Source: an uncultured Lachnospiraceae bacterium (GTDB lineage Bacteria > Bacillota > Clostridia > Oscillospirales > CAG-272). Taken from it: a stretch of 64,000 bases of DNA. Within the stretch, counting starts at the first letter, position 1, and every line of letters starts with the position of its first letter. Of the stretch, positions 12,964 through 22,369 are shown in pieces. The position numbers and the translations under genes were made by a program. The notes under the pieces were generated by a model. The model was given only the letters and a program-made list of their open reading frames with translations. It ran no database searches and was not told the origin of the DNA. The stretch lies in NCBI GenBank assembly GCA_964603455.1, contig CAZRVL010000004.1, forward strand, positions 298-64,297. The letters are read 5' to 3'.

Positions 12964-14102
12964 CTCAGCATTTTGATCGGCAGGGCAAGATATGTGAAGG
13001 TATCGTTCTCATCCTTTTCGAGCGGTTCGATTATCATGCTTATAAAAGGGCTTGAAAGCGAGAGTCTGACCTTATCGCACTGAGAATATTTCAGAGCTTC
13101 GGTAAGATAACGGCAGTTGAAGCCTATTTCTATCTCGTCACCTTCATGTGCTGTCGGGATCTCGTCATAGACCTTACCGCTTGCGGAAACTGATGTTATT
13201 TCGAGCATATTATCGTGGAAATAGCATCTTGCACCGGATTTATTTTTACCGGCAGATTCATCCGAGACTATCGAGGCACGCTCAAGGGCACTTTCGAAGC
13301 TTGCGGAATCGACATTTACGAATATCGTGCTGTTTTTGGGAATGATCCTTTCGTAATCGATATATTCGCCCTCTATGAGTCGAGTAAAGAATGTTATAGA
13401 TCTTTCTTCGAATCTGAAGATGACCTGCTTTCTGGCTACATTGATCTCAACATTTTTCTCAGGCTCGGATAGGAGCTTAACGGCTTCGGAGAGAGTTTTT
13501 CCTGGAACGATGAACTCTGCATTGACATCCTCACCGTCGCTGTTTTCAAGCTCGCAGACCTTTTCTCTTATCGCAAGTCTGAAGGTATCACAGCCGACTG
13601 TAGTGATACGATTTCCGTTTATCTTGAAGAAGGCTCCGTTAAATGTAGCTCTTGCATCATTTTGAGCAACTGCGAACAGTGTTCCCGTGATCATATTTTT
13701 AAGATCGCCTTGCTTCATCTTGAAACCGTTGCGGTTTGTAATATCCGGAAGAGTTGGATAGTCACGCGGATCCATTGCATTTATTTCAAATTCCGATTTG
13801 CCTGACGATAGCTTTGCACGCCAATTTTCATTAACCTCCATATAAACGAGTCCGGCAGGCATAACTCTAATGATCGAGTTAAGGCTTTGTGCTTCTATAA
13901 CACAAGCTCCGTGTTCTTCAATATCTGCATCGATCTCGATACGAATACCCTTTTCTAGGTCATATCCTATGAGCACGGCACGATCGCCTTCACAGTCTAC
14001 GAGGATACCGCCGGCAGAGGCTACCGTATTTTTCGAAGATATACATGACATCGCCGTGGTTACAGCATCGGCGAGCAACGATTGATTAAAATTAACTTTC
14101 AT
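12960..14102 (-). CDS. dnaN: DNA polymerase III beta sliding clamp
   Basis: About 380 aa three-domain protein between dnaA and recF; ATG 14102 with an AAAGGAA RBS 7 nt upstream (the ORF track starts at GTG 14108). Confidence 0.93.
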   Translation of the reverse strand: MKVNFNQSLLADAVTTAMSCISSKNTVASAGGILVDCEGDRAVLIGYDLEKGIRIEIDADIEEHGACVIEAQSLNSIIRVMPAGLVYMEVNENWRAKLSSGKSEFEINAMDPRDYPTLPDITNRNGFKMKQGDLKNMITGTLFAVAQNDARATFNGAFFKINGNRITTVGCDTFRLAIREKVCELENSDGEDVNAEFIVPGKTLSEAVKLLSEPEKNVEINVARKQVIFRFEERSITFFTRLIEGEYIDYERIIPKNSTIFVNVDSASFESALERASIVSDESAGKNKSGARCYFHDNMLEITSVSASGKVYDEIPTAHEGDEIEIGFNCRYLTEALKYSQCDKVRLSLSSPFISMIIEPLEKDENDTFTYLALPIKMLR

Positions 14103-14189
14103 ATACACATTCCTTTCTTAGAAGCAGCATTATGCAAGAAATAAAAATTCAACTTGCATCCCTTCGACAGCTATGTAGATTATACAGAA

Positions 14190-14228
14190 TGAAAAATTAA
14201 AATTAAAGAAAAACAATAAATAAATTAT
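14190..14228. promoter_or_regulatory. AT-rich DNA unwinding element candidate
   Basis: gaaaaattaaaattaaagaaaaacaataaataaattat directly flanks the trio array on the side distal to the DnaA box. Confidence 0.6.
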
Positions 14229-14259
14229 TAGTAGTAGAAGTAGTAGGGGGTGTGGAAAT
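14229..14259 (+). promoter_or_regulatory. DnaA-trio array + GC cluster + DnaA box (basal unwinding module)
   Basis: TAG TAG TAG AAG TAG TAG (14229-14246), GGGG (14247-14250), TGTGGAAAT (14251-14259). Confidence 0.75.
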
Positions 14260-14376
14260 ACTGGAAATCTCGACTTTAGCCTTATTTTACAAGGTTTTTT
14301 TCGAAATATTCGATTTGAAATTGTTAGGTACAAATATCAGAAAATCGGTGGAGATTTTTACAGCCGCCGGACCTCA

Positions 14377-14417
14377 TGTGGAATAATGTGGACAAAAACA
14401 TGTTATGATGTGGAATT
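14377..14417. promoter_or_regulatory. DnaA-box cluster
   Basis: TGTGGAATA 14377-14385, TGTGGACAA 14387-14395, TGTGGAATT 14409-14417; 1-2 mismatches to TGTGGATAA, all in the same orientation. Confidence 0.7.
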
Positions 14418-14605
14418 TGATGTTAAAATTAAAGTACAGGCTTTGCAGCAGTTGTTGAAGCTGTAGATTTTCAAAAGCGCGAAAATCTGTTGAAAGAGCA
14501 GCTCAAACGATAAGATTTGCACCGGATACCAACAATCGTATAACAGCTTTGCAATGCAGCAAAAATGTTAGCTGTGATAAGTACTTTTATTACATTAAAT
14601 TTTAA

Positions 14606-14627
14606 TTTTCCACAATCATGTTCCACA
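14606..14627. promoter_or_regulatory. DnaA-box pair
   Basis: TTTTCCACA 14606-14614 and TGTTCCACA 14619-14627, in the opposite orientation to the 14251-14417 boxes. Confidence 0.65.
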
Positions 14628-14689
14628 GACTCCAAAGTCTCTTTACAGCACCCGTAAAAACCACATAAAGAAGCTGTTGAAACTCACCG

Positions 14690-16165
14690 TCAACCCTTGA
14701 TCTCCTTTGCAAGTTCGGTTAGTTCTATGTCCATCGAGGGATTGGCATTGATTTCACGCTCAACAGTTTTTATTGATGAGAGTATGGTAGTGTGATCGCG
14801 CTTGAAGAGCTTGCCAAGCTGCGGAAGAGACATATCGGTGAGCTTTCTGATCATGTAGATGGCGATATGACGTGCAAAGGCAATATCCTTGGTTCGCTTT
14901 ACGCCCTTAATGTCTTCGATCGAAACGCCGTATTTTTTCGCGACCTTTTCGAATATGCGGTCTATCGTTACGCTAATGGGTTCGCCACCGGTCATAAGAT
15001 CGGCTATTGAATTTTTTGCGAGCTCTACGGTTATTTGCGATCCGGTCAAGAGACTCAATGCACCGAGCTTTTTGATAGCACCTTCAACCTGACGGATATT
15101 TGACTTTAGGTTTTCCGCGAGGAAATTTACGACATCAGCCGTGAGAGATATGTTCATCTGCTCAGCCTTTTTCTTGATAATAGCTGCGCGAAGATCTGCA
15201 TCCGGAGGCTGAATATCGGCTGTAACGCCCCATTCGAAGCGTGACTTAAGACGATCCTCGAGAGTTTTTATATCCTTCGGCGGACGGTCGGAGGTGAGGA
15301 TTATCTGCTTGTGATCCTCCCAAAGAGCATTGAAGGTGTGGAAGAACTCCTCCTGTGTGGAATCTCTGCCGGCGATGAACTGAATATCGTCTATGCAGAG
15401 GACATCAGCAGTGCGGTATTTATCGCGGAACTGAGAGGTCGTTTTTTTTGCGATCGAATCGATCATCTCATTTGTGAAGTCTTCACCCTTGAGATAAAGT
15501 ATTTTTAATTCTGGGCGGGTCTTCTTTATGTGATTGGTTATGGCATAGAGCAGGTGAGTCTTTCCTATACCGCTGGGACCGTAGATGAACAGTGGATTGT
15601 AGGCAAAGGAATCGGCATTTGCCTTGCAGGCAGGTTCGTTTGCGACTGCTATCGAAGCTGCGTGAGCGAACTTGTTTGAATTTCCGACGATAAAGTTTTC
15701 AAAGGTATATTCGCGTTGATAGGTTTGAGTCGTGTTTTTCTCATGATGAGGCTGATTTCTTGGATGTGCGGCGGCAGGAGCTGCGAAATATGACGGAGCT
15801 GCTTCTGTAACGACCTCTCCGCCGATCTCCGGCGCATCGAGCTGAGGAAGATCTGCCAGATTCACCGCTTCATAGGAGTCTGAGCTCGGCACATTTTCGG
15901 CATATTCCTGCGGATTGCATTTTTTGTCAACAACGATGACCTCGGTCGGAAAGCCGAGGACGGATTCGAGAGCCGACTGTATGTTGTCCTTGTATTTTGA
16001 GTTTATGAGTCCGTACTTGTAGCTTTCATCGCAAATGAGGACGGCGCGGTTTTCGGTGATATTGCAGAGAACGAGCTTTGTGAACCAGAGGTCTACTATT
16101 GTGCTGGAATAGTTTTGCCGCAGAACATCAAGCGTCAGCGACCAGATTTCGCTAAATTGCTGCAT
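14690..16165 (-). CDS. dnaA: chromosomal replication initiator DnaA
   Basis: AAA+ Walker A GPSGIGKTHL, C-terminal DNA-binding helix (DHTTILSSIKTVE); ATG 16165 preceded by AGGAAAGGAA; extended Pro/Ala-rich domain II linker. Confidence 0.97.
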   Translation of the reverse strand: MQQFSEIWSLTLDVLRQNYSSTIVDLWFTKLVLCNITENRAVLICDESYKYGLINSKYKDNIQSALESVLGFPTEVIVVDKKCNPQEYAENVPSSDSYEAVNLADLPQLDAPEIGGEVVTEAAPSYFAAPAAAHPRNQPHHEKNTTQTYQREYTFENFIVGNSNKFAHAASIAVANEPACKANADSFAYNPLFIYGPSGIGKTHLLYAITNHIKKTRPELKILYLKGEDFTNEMIDSIAKKTTSQFRDKYRTADVLCIDDIQFIAGRDSTQEEFFHTFNALWEDHKQIILTSDRPPKDIKTLEDRLKSRFEWGVTADIQPPDADLRAAIIKKKAEQMNISLTADVVNFLAENLKSNIRQVEGAIKKLGALSLLTGSQITVELAKNSIADLMTGGEPISVTIDRIFEKVAKKYGVSIEDIKGVKRTKDIAFARHIAIYMIRKLTDMSLPQLGKLFKRDHTTILSSIKTVEREINANPSMDIELTELAKEIKG

Positions 16166-16235
16166 AAATTTTTCCTTTCCTGATTTTAACATTGATTTTG
16201 ATGATTATTTTCTAATAAATATAATAATTAAAAAT

Positions 16236-16264
16236 ATTATACCACAGATTCGCGGATAAATCAA
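16236..16264 (-). promoter_or_regulatory. dnaA promoter (sigma-A type with TRTG extended -10)
   Basis: Minus strand reads TTGATT (16259-16264), 17 nt, TATAAT (16236-16241) preceded by TGTGG. The spacer contains TTATCCGCG, a 2-mismatch DnaA box. Confidence 0.6.
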
Positions 16265-16348
16265 GTACCCCGAGCGAAATTGATGGGGAATAAAAATGGT
16301 GATTACGTAAATTTTTTGCGAACTTGAAAATATTTTTTCGAAAAAGAC

Positions 16349-16378
16349 TTGACAAACACCCGAAATGTTGTGTATAAT
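16349..16378 (+). promoter_or_regulatory. rpmH promoter
   Basis: TTGACA 16349-16354, 18-nt spacer, TATAAT 16373-16378. Confidence 0.65.
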
Positions 16379-16463
16379 AATAGATGTCATTTTGTAAATT
16401 CCGGTTCGGGAGATCTTTTCAGTTCTGCTGAACCTGTGAATAACCTTAAGGAGGTGTCAAAGA

Positions 16464-16598
16464 ATGCTCAGAACATACCAGCCGAAGAAGCGCCAGAGAA
16501 AGATGGAGCACGGATTCCGCAAGAGAATGAAGACTGCTGACGGAAGAAAGGTTCTCAAGAGAAGACGCGCAAAGGGCAGAAAGAGACTCACATACTGA
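16464..16598 (+). CDS. rpmH: 50S ribosomal protein L34
   Basis: Not in the ORF track (<60 aa). Translation [44 protein letters not shown]; AAGGAGG RBS upstream. Confidence 0.97.
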   Translation: MLRTYQPKKRQRKMEHGFRKRMKTADGRKVLKRRRAKGRKRLTY

Positions 16599-16768
16599 GT
16601 TTCGGTCAAAGCCGGTACGATCCGAATGGGCTCTCAAAAGACTGAGAGCTTGTTCGGTGAAGTAAGGCGAAAAATCTCAAACCCAAAGACCGCCGAAATT
16701 TTCGGGGAAATACCCGTTTATTCGGGGGTTTTGTTTGTATAAAGGCTAAATTGAGGAGATACGGCAGT

Positions 16769-17197
16769 ATGCGCTATACGCTATGTGAAAATCATTTATA
16801 TTCGAAAGCCTACGCCAAGGGAAAGAAATTTGTCGGGCGGCAGGTGATAGTCTATATTTTGCCGGACTACTTTGCATCAAAAATAGCCAAGGCTGACCCC
16901 AAAAAGGAACGGCATAACCGTGTCGGTATAACTGCCACCAAAAAGCTCGGAGGTGCGGTCGAAAGAAACCGCGTAAAACGTATAATACGCGCTGGACTTG
17001 CGGAGACCGAAAAAAATATGCCGATTAAAAAGGGATTTCTTATCGTAATAGTAGCAAGGTCATCAGCAGTCGGTGCAAAGAGCTCTGATATAGCAAGTGA
17101 CCTTACAGCCGCGTTCAAAAAACTCGGTCTCATACAAAATGACCTGAATCGATCAGAAAAAAATCCGAAGGAAATCCCCAAAATTAAGGATAGCTGA
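16769..17197 (+). CDS. rnpA: ribonuclease P protein component
   Basis: Follows rpmH; RNR motif region ([10 protein letters not shown]); ATG 16769 with a GAGGAG RBS 10 nt upstream. Confidence 0.9.
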   Translation: MRYTLCENHLYSKAYAKGKKFVGRQVIVYILPDYFASKIAKADPKKERHNRVGITATKKLGGAVERNRVKRIIRAGLAETEKNMPIKKGFLIVIVARSSAVGAKSSDIASDLTAAFKKLGLIQNDLNRSEKNPKEIPKIKDS

Positions 17198-17424
17198 TGA
17201 AACGCGCCGCTGTTGCACTTATAAAGCTGTATAGACGTTATATCTCACCAATGAAGCCTCCCTGCTGCAGATTTGTACCGACTTGCTCGCAGTATGCCAT
17301 CGAGGCATATGAGGAGTGGGGCTTTGCGGTCGGCAGCATATTGACGATATGGCGGATACTTCGATGCAATCCCTTTTGCAAAGGCGGCTTCGATCCGGTA
17401 CCAAAACACAAAAAACACAGATAA
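17197..17424 (+). CDS. yidD: membrane protein insertion efficiency factor YidD
   Basis: [27 protein letters not shown] signature; overlaps the rnpA stop (TGATG). Confidence 0.92.
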   Translation: MKRAAVALIKLYRRYISPMKPPCCRFVPTCSQYAIEAYEEWGFAVGSILTIWRILRCNPFCKGGFDPVPKHKKHR

Positions 17425-17444
17425 AGGAGTGTTCATACAAAACA

Positions 17445-18581
17445 ATGACAAGCATTTGGGACATTATCAACATACCGCTTGGCTGGATATTGAAGATCGG
17501 ATATGAACTGACCCACAATTACGCATTGGCTCTATTGTTCTTTGCGCTCGTGCTTCAGATAATCCTCTTCCCTCTCGGTATAAAGCAGCAGAAGAATTCG
17601 GTCAAGCAGGCATCGCTTCGCCCAAAGGAAATGGCGATACGCAACAAATATGCCGGAAGGAACGATAAGGTAACGCAGCAGAAGCTCAATGAAGAGATAA
17701 TGGAGCTTTATCAGCGTGAGAACTTCAACCCGATGGGCGGCTGTTTGCCTATGCTCATACAGCTCCCGATATTGTTTTCGCTGTATAACGTGGTCGTTAG
17801 TCCGCTGAAGTATATATGCGGCTTCAGTGTCGATACGATAAATGCTATCCAGCTCAAGGTATATGAGCTCATGTCGGCGGCAAATATCTCCGGCTTTGAG
17901 TCGTTCGCCGAGGGCAGAGCGGTCAGACAGATCGATCTTCTCACACGTATGCGTGAGCTTGGCGTTGAAAATTTCGTCGATAACGCCGGACAGGCAATAA
18001 CCGAGGATATTCTCCCGCGCTTCACTATACTCGGCGGAACTATGGATCTTTCGCAAACCCCGAGCTTTACGAATTTCAACCTTCTTCTCCTTATCCCGCT
18101 CCTGACGCTTATAGTGACCTACGGAAGCACATTCATAACTCGTAAGCTTACGTATAATCCGAATCCCGAAGCACAGAACGATATGTCGATGAAGATAATG
18201 AATCTCTCGATGCCACTTCTCTCGGTATATATCTCGTTCACTATTGCCGCTGCGATAGGTCTTTACTGGGTATTCAGAAACTTACTCGGAGTGCTTCAGC
18301 AGCTCATCCTCAATAAAATGTTCCCGATACCGAAGTTTTCTGAAGAAGACTATAAGGCAGCTGAGCGCGAAGCGAATATGTCCAAACGCCAGATAAAGAA
18401 GAGCGAAAAGGAAAAGCAAAAGGTTCGTTCACTTCACCGTATAGATGAAGATGATGACGAAGATAGTACCGTAAAGCCCTCGGTATCCGAATCAGCACAG
18501 GTAGCCGCTCCCACGGAAAAGGATAAAAAGCCGGAGCTCAAGGACGGCGTAGACCCCGATGAAGCTCCCAAGCTGAAATGA
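17445..18581 (+). CDS. yidC: membrane protein insertase YidC/SpoIIIJ family
   Basis: Multi-TM 60-kDa inner-membrane insertase-like region (LALLFFALVLQIILFPLGIKQQKNS...); charged C-terminal tail. Start trimmed to ATG 17445, since the upstream part of the ORF overlaps yidD. Confidence 0.9.
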   Translation: MTSIWDIINIPLGWILKIGYELTHNYALALLFFALVLQIILFPLGIKQQKNSVKQASLRPKEMAIRNKYAGRNDKVTQQKLNEEIMELYQRENFNPMGGCLPMLIQLPILFSLYNVVVSPLKYICGFSVDTINAIQLKVYELMSAANISGFESFAEGRAVRQIDLLTRMRELGVENFVDNAGQAITEDILPRFTILGGTMDLSQTPSFTNFNLLLLIPLLTLIVTYGSTFITRKLTYNPNPEAQNDMSMKIMNLSMPLLSVYISFTIAAAIGLYWVFRNLLGVLQQLILNKMFPIPKFSEEDYKAAEREANMSKRQIKKSEKEKQKVRSLHRIDEDDDEDSTVKPSVSESAQVAAPTEKDKKPELKDGVDPDEAPKLK

Positions 18582-18717
18582 TAAAGGGTGTAATAAAATA
18601 AAGCTCCGAAATGAGAGAAAAATTTGCCTTGAAGAGGGATCACGGTCTTTATAACAGGTGTTAGATCGTATTTTGTAAAAGCAGACATATCTCCATGAGG
18701 AGAGAAAGGAAAAACTT

Positions 18718-19848
18718 TTGCTTCGCAAAAGTCATGGTCATAAAATGAAAAAAGAAATGCTATTTACTGCCAGAACGGTAGAACAGGCTCTCGGCGAAGC
18801 GGCACTCAAGCTCGGAGTCGAGACCGAAGCACTCGAATACGAGATCGTTGAACGTGAAAAGCAAGGTTTCTTCGGAATAGGTGCATCTCCGGCAAAGGTA
18901 AAGATATTTGTTGAGGTCGAGGAGGAAAAAGCCTCGGTAAACGAAGAAATTCCGGTTGAAAAGGAAATTGAAGTCTCCGATCCTGTCGAAGAGATCGAAG
19001 CCGTATCGGCGGAGATCGATGAAGAAGAACCTGTTGAAGCAGAGACAGAAGCAGTTGAACCGCAGACGGTATCGCGTGGATGCGGAGATCATGCAGCAAA
19101 GGAATTTATCGAGACACTTCTCAGTGATCTCGAAATAGATGCAAAGGTCGAGATGACACGTGTGCGCAAATCCGACCGTGCCATAACCGTAACTGGTGAG
19201 GATGCCGGTGTTCTGATAGGTCATCATGGTGAAACGCTTGATGCGCTGCAGTATCTTGCAAATTTAGCTGCAAATAAGCGCGAAGAGGATGAATCTCGCG
19301 ATTATGTCCATATAACCGTTGATATAGAAAAATATCGTTCAAAGCGCGAGATCTCTTTGAGAGCGCTTGCACGTCGCGTTTCAGAAAAGGTACAGCGGAC
19401 AGGCGAACCTGTGATGCTTGAGCCGATGAATCCGTATGAACGCCGCATAATCCATTCCGAGGTTCAGTTTATTGAGGGTGTATCGACAAACTCGGTAGGT
19501 GAAGACAGCGAGCGCAGAGTAGTCATATATCTCGAAAGCGCAGGCTTCAGTATTCCCGAAAATCATACAAGGTCAGACCGTCGTCAATCATCGAGAAGAC
19601 CTGACCGAAGACATTCCGACCGTCAGCCGAGGGGTGAGCGTCAGGAACGCCGCGAAAGACCAAAGACCTCATCAAAGCAGCAGCCGCGATATAACGATGG
19701 CGAAAAGATGTCCAGCGAAGAGGTAAATGAACTTGTCGCAGCGTATGGCGCGAAGGATACCAAGGAAAAGACTCAGCGTGAGCAGCCCGCAAAATTCAAG
19801 AGCTTTGAGGATTATATGAACTCGATTCTCGGAGACGAAGAAAAATAA
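18718..19848 (+). CDS. jag: RNA-binding protein Jag/KhpB (Jag-N, KH, R3H) with long C-terminal extension
   Basis: Conserved position after yidC; KH/R3H region (ERRIIHSEVQFIEGVSTNSVGEDSERRVVIY); TTG 18718 has an AAAGGAA RBS 6-7 nt upstream. Confidence 0.85.
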   Translation: MLRKSHGHKMKKEMLFTARTVEQALGEAALKLGVETEALEYEIVEREKQGFFGIGASPAKVKIFVEVEEEKASVNEEIPVEKEIEVSDPVEEIEAVSAEIDEEEPVEAETEAVEPQTVSRGCGDHAAKEFIETLLSDLEIDAKVEMTRVRKSDRAITVTGEDAGVLIGHHGETLDALQYLANLAANKREEDESRDYVHITVDIEKYRSKREISLRALARRVSEKVQRTGEPVMLEPMNPYERRIIHSEVQFIEGVSTNSVGEDSERRVVIYLESAGFSIPENHTRSDRRQSSRRPDRRHSDRQPRGERQERRERPKTSSKQQPRYNDGEKMSSEEVNELVAAYGAKDTKEKTQREQPAKFKSFEDYMNSILGDEEK

Positions 19849-19857
19849 TATCTGTGA

Positions 19858-19895
19858 AATGCACTTCAAAGTCAGCTTTGAAGTGCATTTTTTCA
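19858..19895 (+). terminator. rho-independent terminator after jag
   Basis: 14-bp stem 19858-19871 / 19876-19889, loop tcag, followed by a T-run. Confidence 0.8.
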
Positions 19896-20111
19896 TGGCA
19901 GAAAATCCGAAAGATTTATAGACTATTTTGAACTGTTAAGACGAATGACTTTTGCGCATACCGAACCTGCTTGCAGACAGTTTGTTTTTGGGGGGTAATA
20001 TCGGCTGATGGTATGGTATTTTGCAGTAGCGGTAGATTTTTTCATATTTTTGTGATATACTTAAACCTTAGATCATGAAAATAATCAAGACGGAAAGGAA
20101 CGGTCAGAAAA

Positions 20112-21473
20112 ATGAATGATACTATAGCGGCAATATCCACTCCGTTTGGCAGAGGCGGAATAGCCGTGATAAGGCTCTCCGGAACAGAGGCTGTTGAAAT
20201 AGCCGAAAAGGTATTTTCTCCAACATCAGGGAAAAAGCTTTCGGAATATCAGGCGAACCGAGCGGTTTACGGAGAAATTATAAAATCATCACGTGTCATA
20301 GACGATGGCATATGCACGATATTCAGAGCACCGCACTCATATACAGGTGAAGATACAGTCGAGATAAGCTGTCACGGCGGAATACTGCTCACCGAAAGAG
20401 TTCTCGAAGCTGTGTTTGAAGCCGGCGCACGTCAGGCGGGCGCAGGTGAATTTACGCGCCGCGCATTCACAGCCGGAAAACTTTCTCTAACTCAGGCTGA
20501 AGCTGTCGGTATGCTGATAGACGCGGAAAACGATGATCAGATAACGCTTGCATCCGCACAGGAGCGTGGAATATTCAAAAAGAAAGCCGATGAGCTTTAT
20601 GAAGCTCTGAAAAACATCGTGACAAGCGTATATGCCAATATCGATTTTCCGGATGAAGATCTGGCAGAGCTTTCGGCAGATGAGCTTGAATCCGCACTTA
20701 CAGACCTGAAGAATGAGCTTGAAACTCTCAGTTCATCCTACAATAGCGTCAAAGCTGTCACAGACGGCATAAAGACGGTAATAGTCGGAAAGCCCAACAC
20801 AGGCAAGTCATCGCTCTTAAATCGCCTTGTGGGGCGTGACAGAGCAATCGTGACAAACATTGCAGGAACTACACGCGATACCCTCGAAGAAACGGTTCAG
20901 CTCGGACGTGTTCGTTTGAGACTTGTCGATACCGCAGGAATACGCGAAACCGATGACATAGTTGAAAAACTCGGAGTTGACCGTTCGATAAAAGCATTGA
21001 ATGAAGCTGAGTTGATCCTAACGGTATTTGATGGTTCTGTAGAGCTTGACGATGAAGACAGAGAACTTATCGAAATGGTTGATAAGCTCTCTGCCGTAAA
21101 GATAGCTGTTCTGAACAAATCCGATATTGGACAGGCGGCAAGATCACCGTTTGACAATTTTGTGAATATCTCAGCCAAGACAGGAGATGGCGCAGAAGCC
21201 ATTAAAAAGCTCATAGAAGATGTTTTTGTGTCTGCTGATATAGAAAGACTTGCGTCGAATGCAGTCGTCCTCAGCGCACGTCAAAACGCCTCTGTGACGA
21301 AAGCTCTCGAATATGTAAAATCCGCTATAAGAGCTTTGGCGAATGGGATAACGCCCGATACGGTTGGTTTTGAGCTTGAGGCGGCTTTGTCAGAGATCTC
21401 CGAGCTTGACGGTCGCAGAGTAACTGAGGAAATAGTAGACGGCATATTCCACCGCTTCTGTGTCGGAAAATAA
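20112..21473 (+). CDS. mnmE: tRNA modification GTPase MnmE
   Basis: G-domain GKPNTGKSSLLN, DTAGIRE, NKSD; C-terminal FCVGK. Confidence 0.96.
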   Translation: MNDTIAAISTPFGRGGIAVIRLSGTEAVEIAEKVFSPTSGKKLSEYQANRAVYGEIIKSSRVIDDGICTIFRAPHSYTGEDTVEISCHGGILLTERVLEAVFEAGARQAGAGEFTRRAFTAGKLSLTQAEAVGMLIDAENDDQITLASAQERGIFKKKADELYEALKNIVTSVYANIDFPDEDLAELSADELESALTDLKNELETLSSSYNSVKAVTDGIKTVIVGKPNTGKSSLLNRLVGRDRAIVTNIAGTTRDTLEETVQLGRVRLRLVDTAGIRETDDIVEKLGVDRSIKALNEAELILTVFDGSVELDDEDRELIEMVDKLSAVKIAVLNKSDIGQAARSPFDNFVNISAKTGDGAEAIKKLIEDVFVSADIERLASNAVVLSARQNASVTKALEYVKSAIRALANGITPDTVGFELEAALSEISELDGRRVTEEIVDGIFHRFCVGK

Positions 21474-21477
21474 GATA

Positions 21478-21498
21478 CCGACTGCAAAATGCAGTCGG
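21478..21498. terminator. hairpin between convergent mnmE and the 21505-21915 gene
   Basis: 9-bp stem ccgactgca / tgcagtcgg with a 3-nt loop; the flanking U-tracts are imperfect on both strands. Confidence 0.4.
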
Positions 21499-21504
21499 CA
21501 GTGA

Positions 21505-21915
21505 TCATTTTTTGGAGATAAATGCAAATAAAAGCAGTACTATTGCGGCGATTATGAGTATAACTATGATTATGCCCCATACAGTATTCATGCTGTCCGA
21601 TTCGGCAAGGTCTGAGCTTGATGCTTCAGCGGTTGTATCATAACTGTCCGATACCGTGGAGGACGTGTCATCATTTATATCTCCGGCATCATTGACAATA
21701 TTTTCGGAAATATCCATTGTGTCATCCGTAATATCGTTTTCGGTATTTTCACTGCTTTTGATGACCGAATCATTCCGAACTATGCTTTTATCCATATCAG
21801 CTCTGCTCGAAAAATCATAGCTTGCAGCGAAGCAAGACATTTGAAAAATAAGAATGACTGTGATGGTCGCAAAGATAAATGCGAATATATGCTTTCTTTG
21901 TTTTTTAAAGATCAT
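21505..21915 (-). CDS. hypothetical membrane-anchored acidic protein (signal peptide + C-terminal TM)
   Basis: N-terminal hydrophobic signal-like segment, Asp/Ser/Thr-rich low-complexity middle, C-terminal TM (VWGIIIVILIIAAIVLLLFAFISKK). Confidence 0.5.
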   Translation of the reverse strand: MIFKKQRKHIFAFIFATITVILIFQMSCFAASYDFSSRADMDKSIVRNDSVIKSSENTENDITDDTMDISENIVNDAGDINDDTSSTVSDSYDTTAEASSSDLAESDSMNTVWGIIIVILIIAAIVLLLFAFISKK

Positions 21916-21995
21916 ATCAAAGCATTCCTTTCGATTTTTGTCACAAATATCATTCCCGAAAAAGAAAAATACATGCTTTAAAAATAAGGAAATTT

Positions 21996-22325
21996 ATGGA
22001 AGAAAAGAGATTTCAAAAAAACGATAACGGCTTTATATGCCGAAACTGCGGATTTGAAGTAAAGCCGCTCGGAGTGACCTCACGCGATCACTGCCCGAAA
22101 TGTTTATGCTCGATACATATAGATATAAATCCCGGTGACAGAGCGAATGATTGTCTCGGACTTTTAAAGCCGATACAAGTTCTGCCCGATCCGAAAAAGG
22201 GTTATATAATCGTGTATAAATGCGAAAAATGCGGAAAAACGCTTCGTAACAAGGCTGCATATCCGGCAAAGATACAGCCTGATGATATAGACCTTCTCAT
22301 AAAGCTTACAGTCAACAACAAATAA
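21996..22325 (+). CDS. RNHCP domain protein (Cys-rich zinc-ribbon-like)
   Basis: CRNCG...SRDHCPKCLCSIH...CEKCG pattern resembles the RNHCP family signature. Confidence 0.6.
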   Translation: MEEKRFQKNDNGFICRNCGFEVKPLGVTSRDHCPKCLCSIHIDINPGDRANDCLGLLKPIQVLPDPKKGYIIVYKCEKCGKTLRNKAAYPAKIQPDDIDLLIKLTVNNK

Positions 22326-22331
22326 AAAACG

Positions 22332-22369
22332 GCATAGATACATTTTTAGTGTATCTATGCTGCTTTTTT
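22332..22369. terminator. bidirectional terminator hairpin
   Basis: Stem gcatagatac (22332-22341) / gtatctatgc (22351-22360) with a T-run at 22364-22369; lies between convergent genes. Confidence 0.65.

Larger units (their letters stand above)
14109..14689. other. oriC: oriC (dnaA-dnaN intergenic origin region)
   Basis: 581-bp non-coding spacer with at least 6 DnaA-box-like 9-mers, a DnaA-trio array and an AT-rich tract; classic Firmicutes position. Confidence 0.85.

Noticed and set aside
14130-14333. 67-aa ORF inside oriC and 61-aa ORF at 16205-16390 upstream of dnaA.
   Set aside because: Both lie in AT-rich regulatory DNA (DUE/trios and promoter region), give low-complexity translations and have no RBS.
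17316-17444. N-terminal extensions in the ORF track for yidC, udp, dnaA, noc, glyA, nfnB, maf and the minD-like gene.
   Set aside because: The upstream portions overlap neighbouring genes or lack RBSs. Internal ATG codons with good Shine-Dalgarno sequences match the expected protein N-termini.
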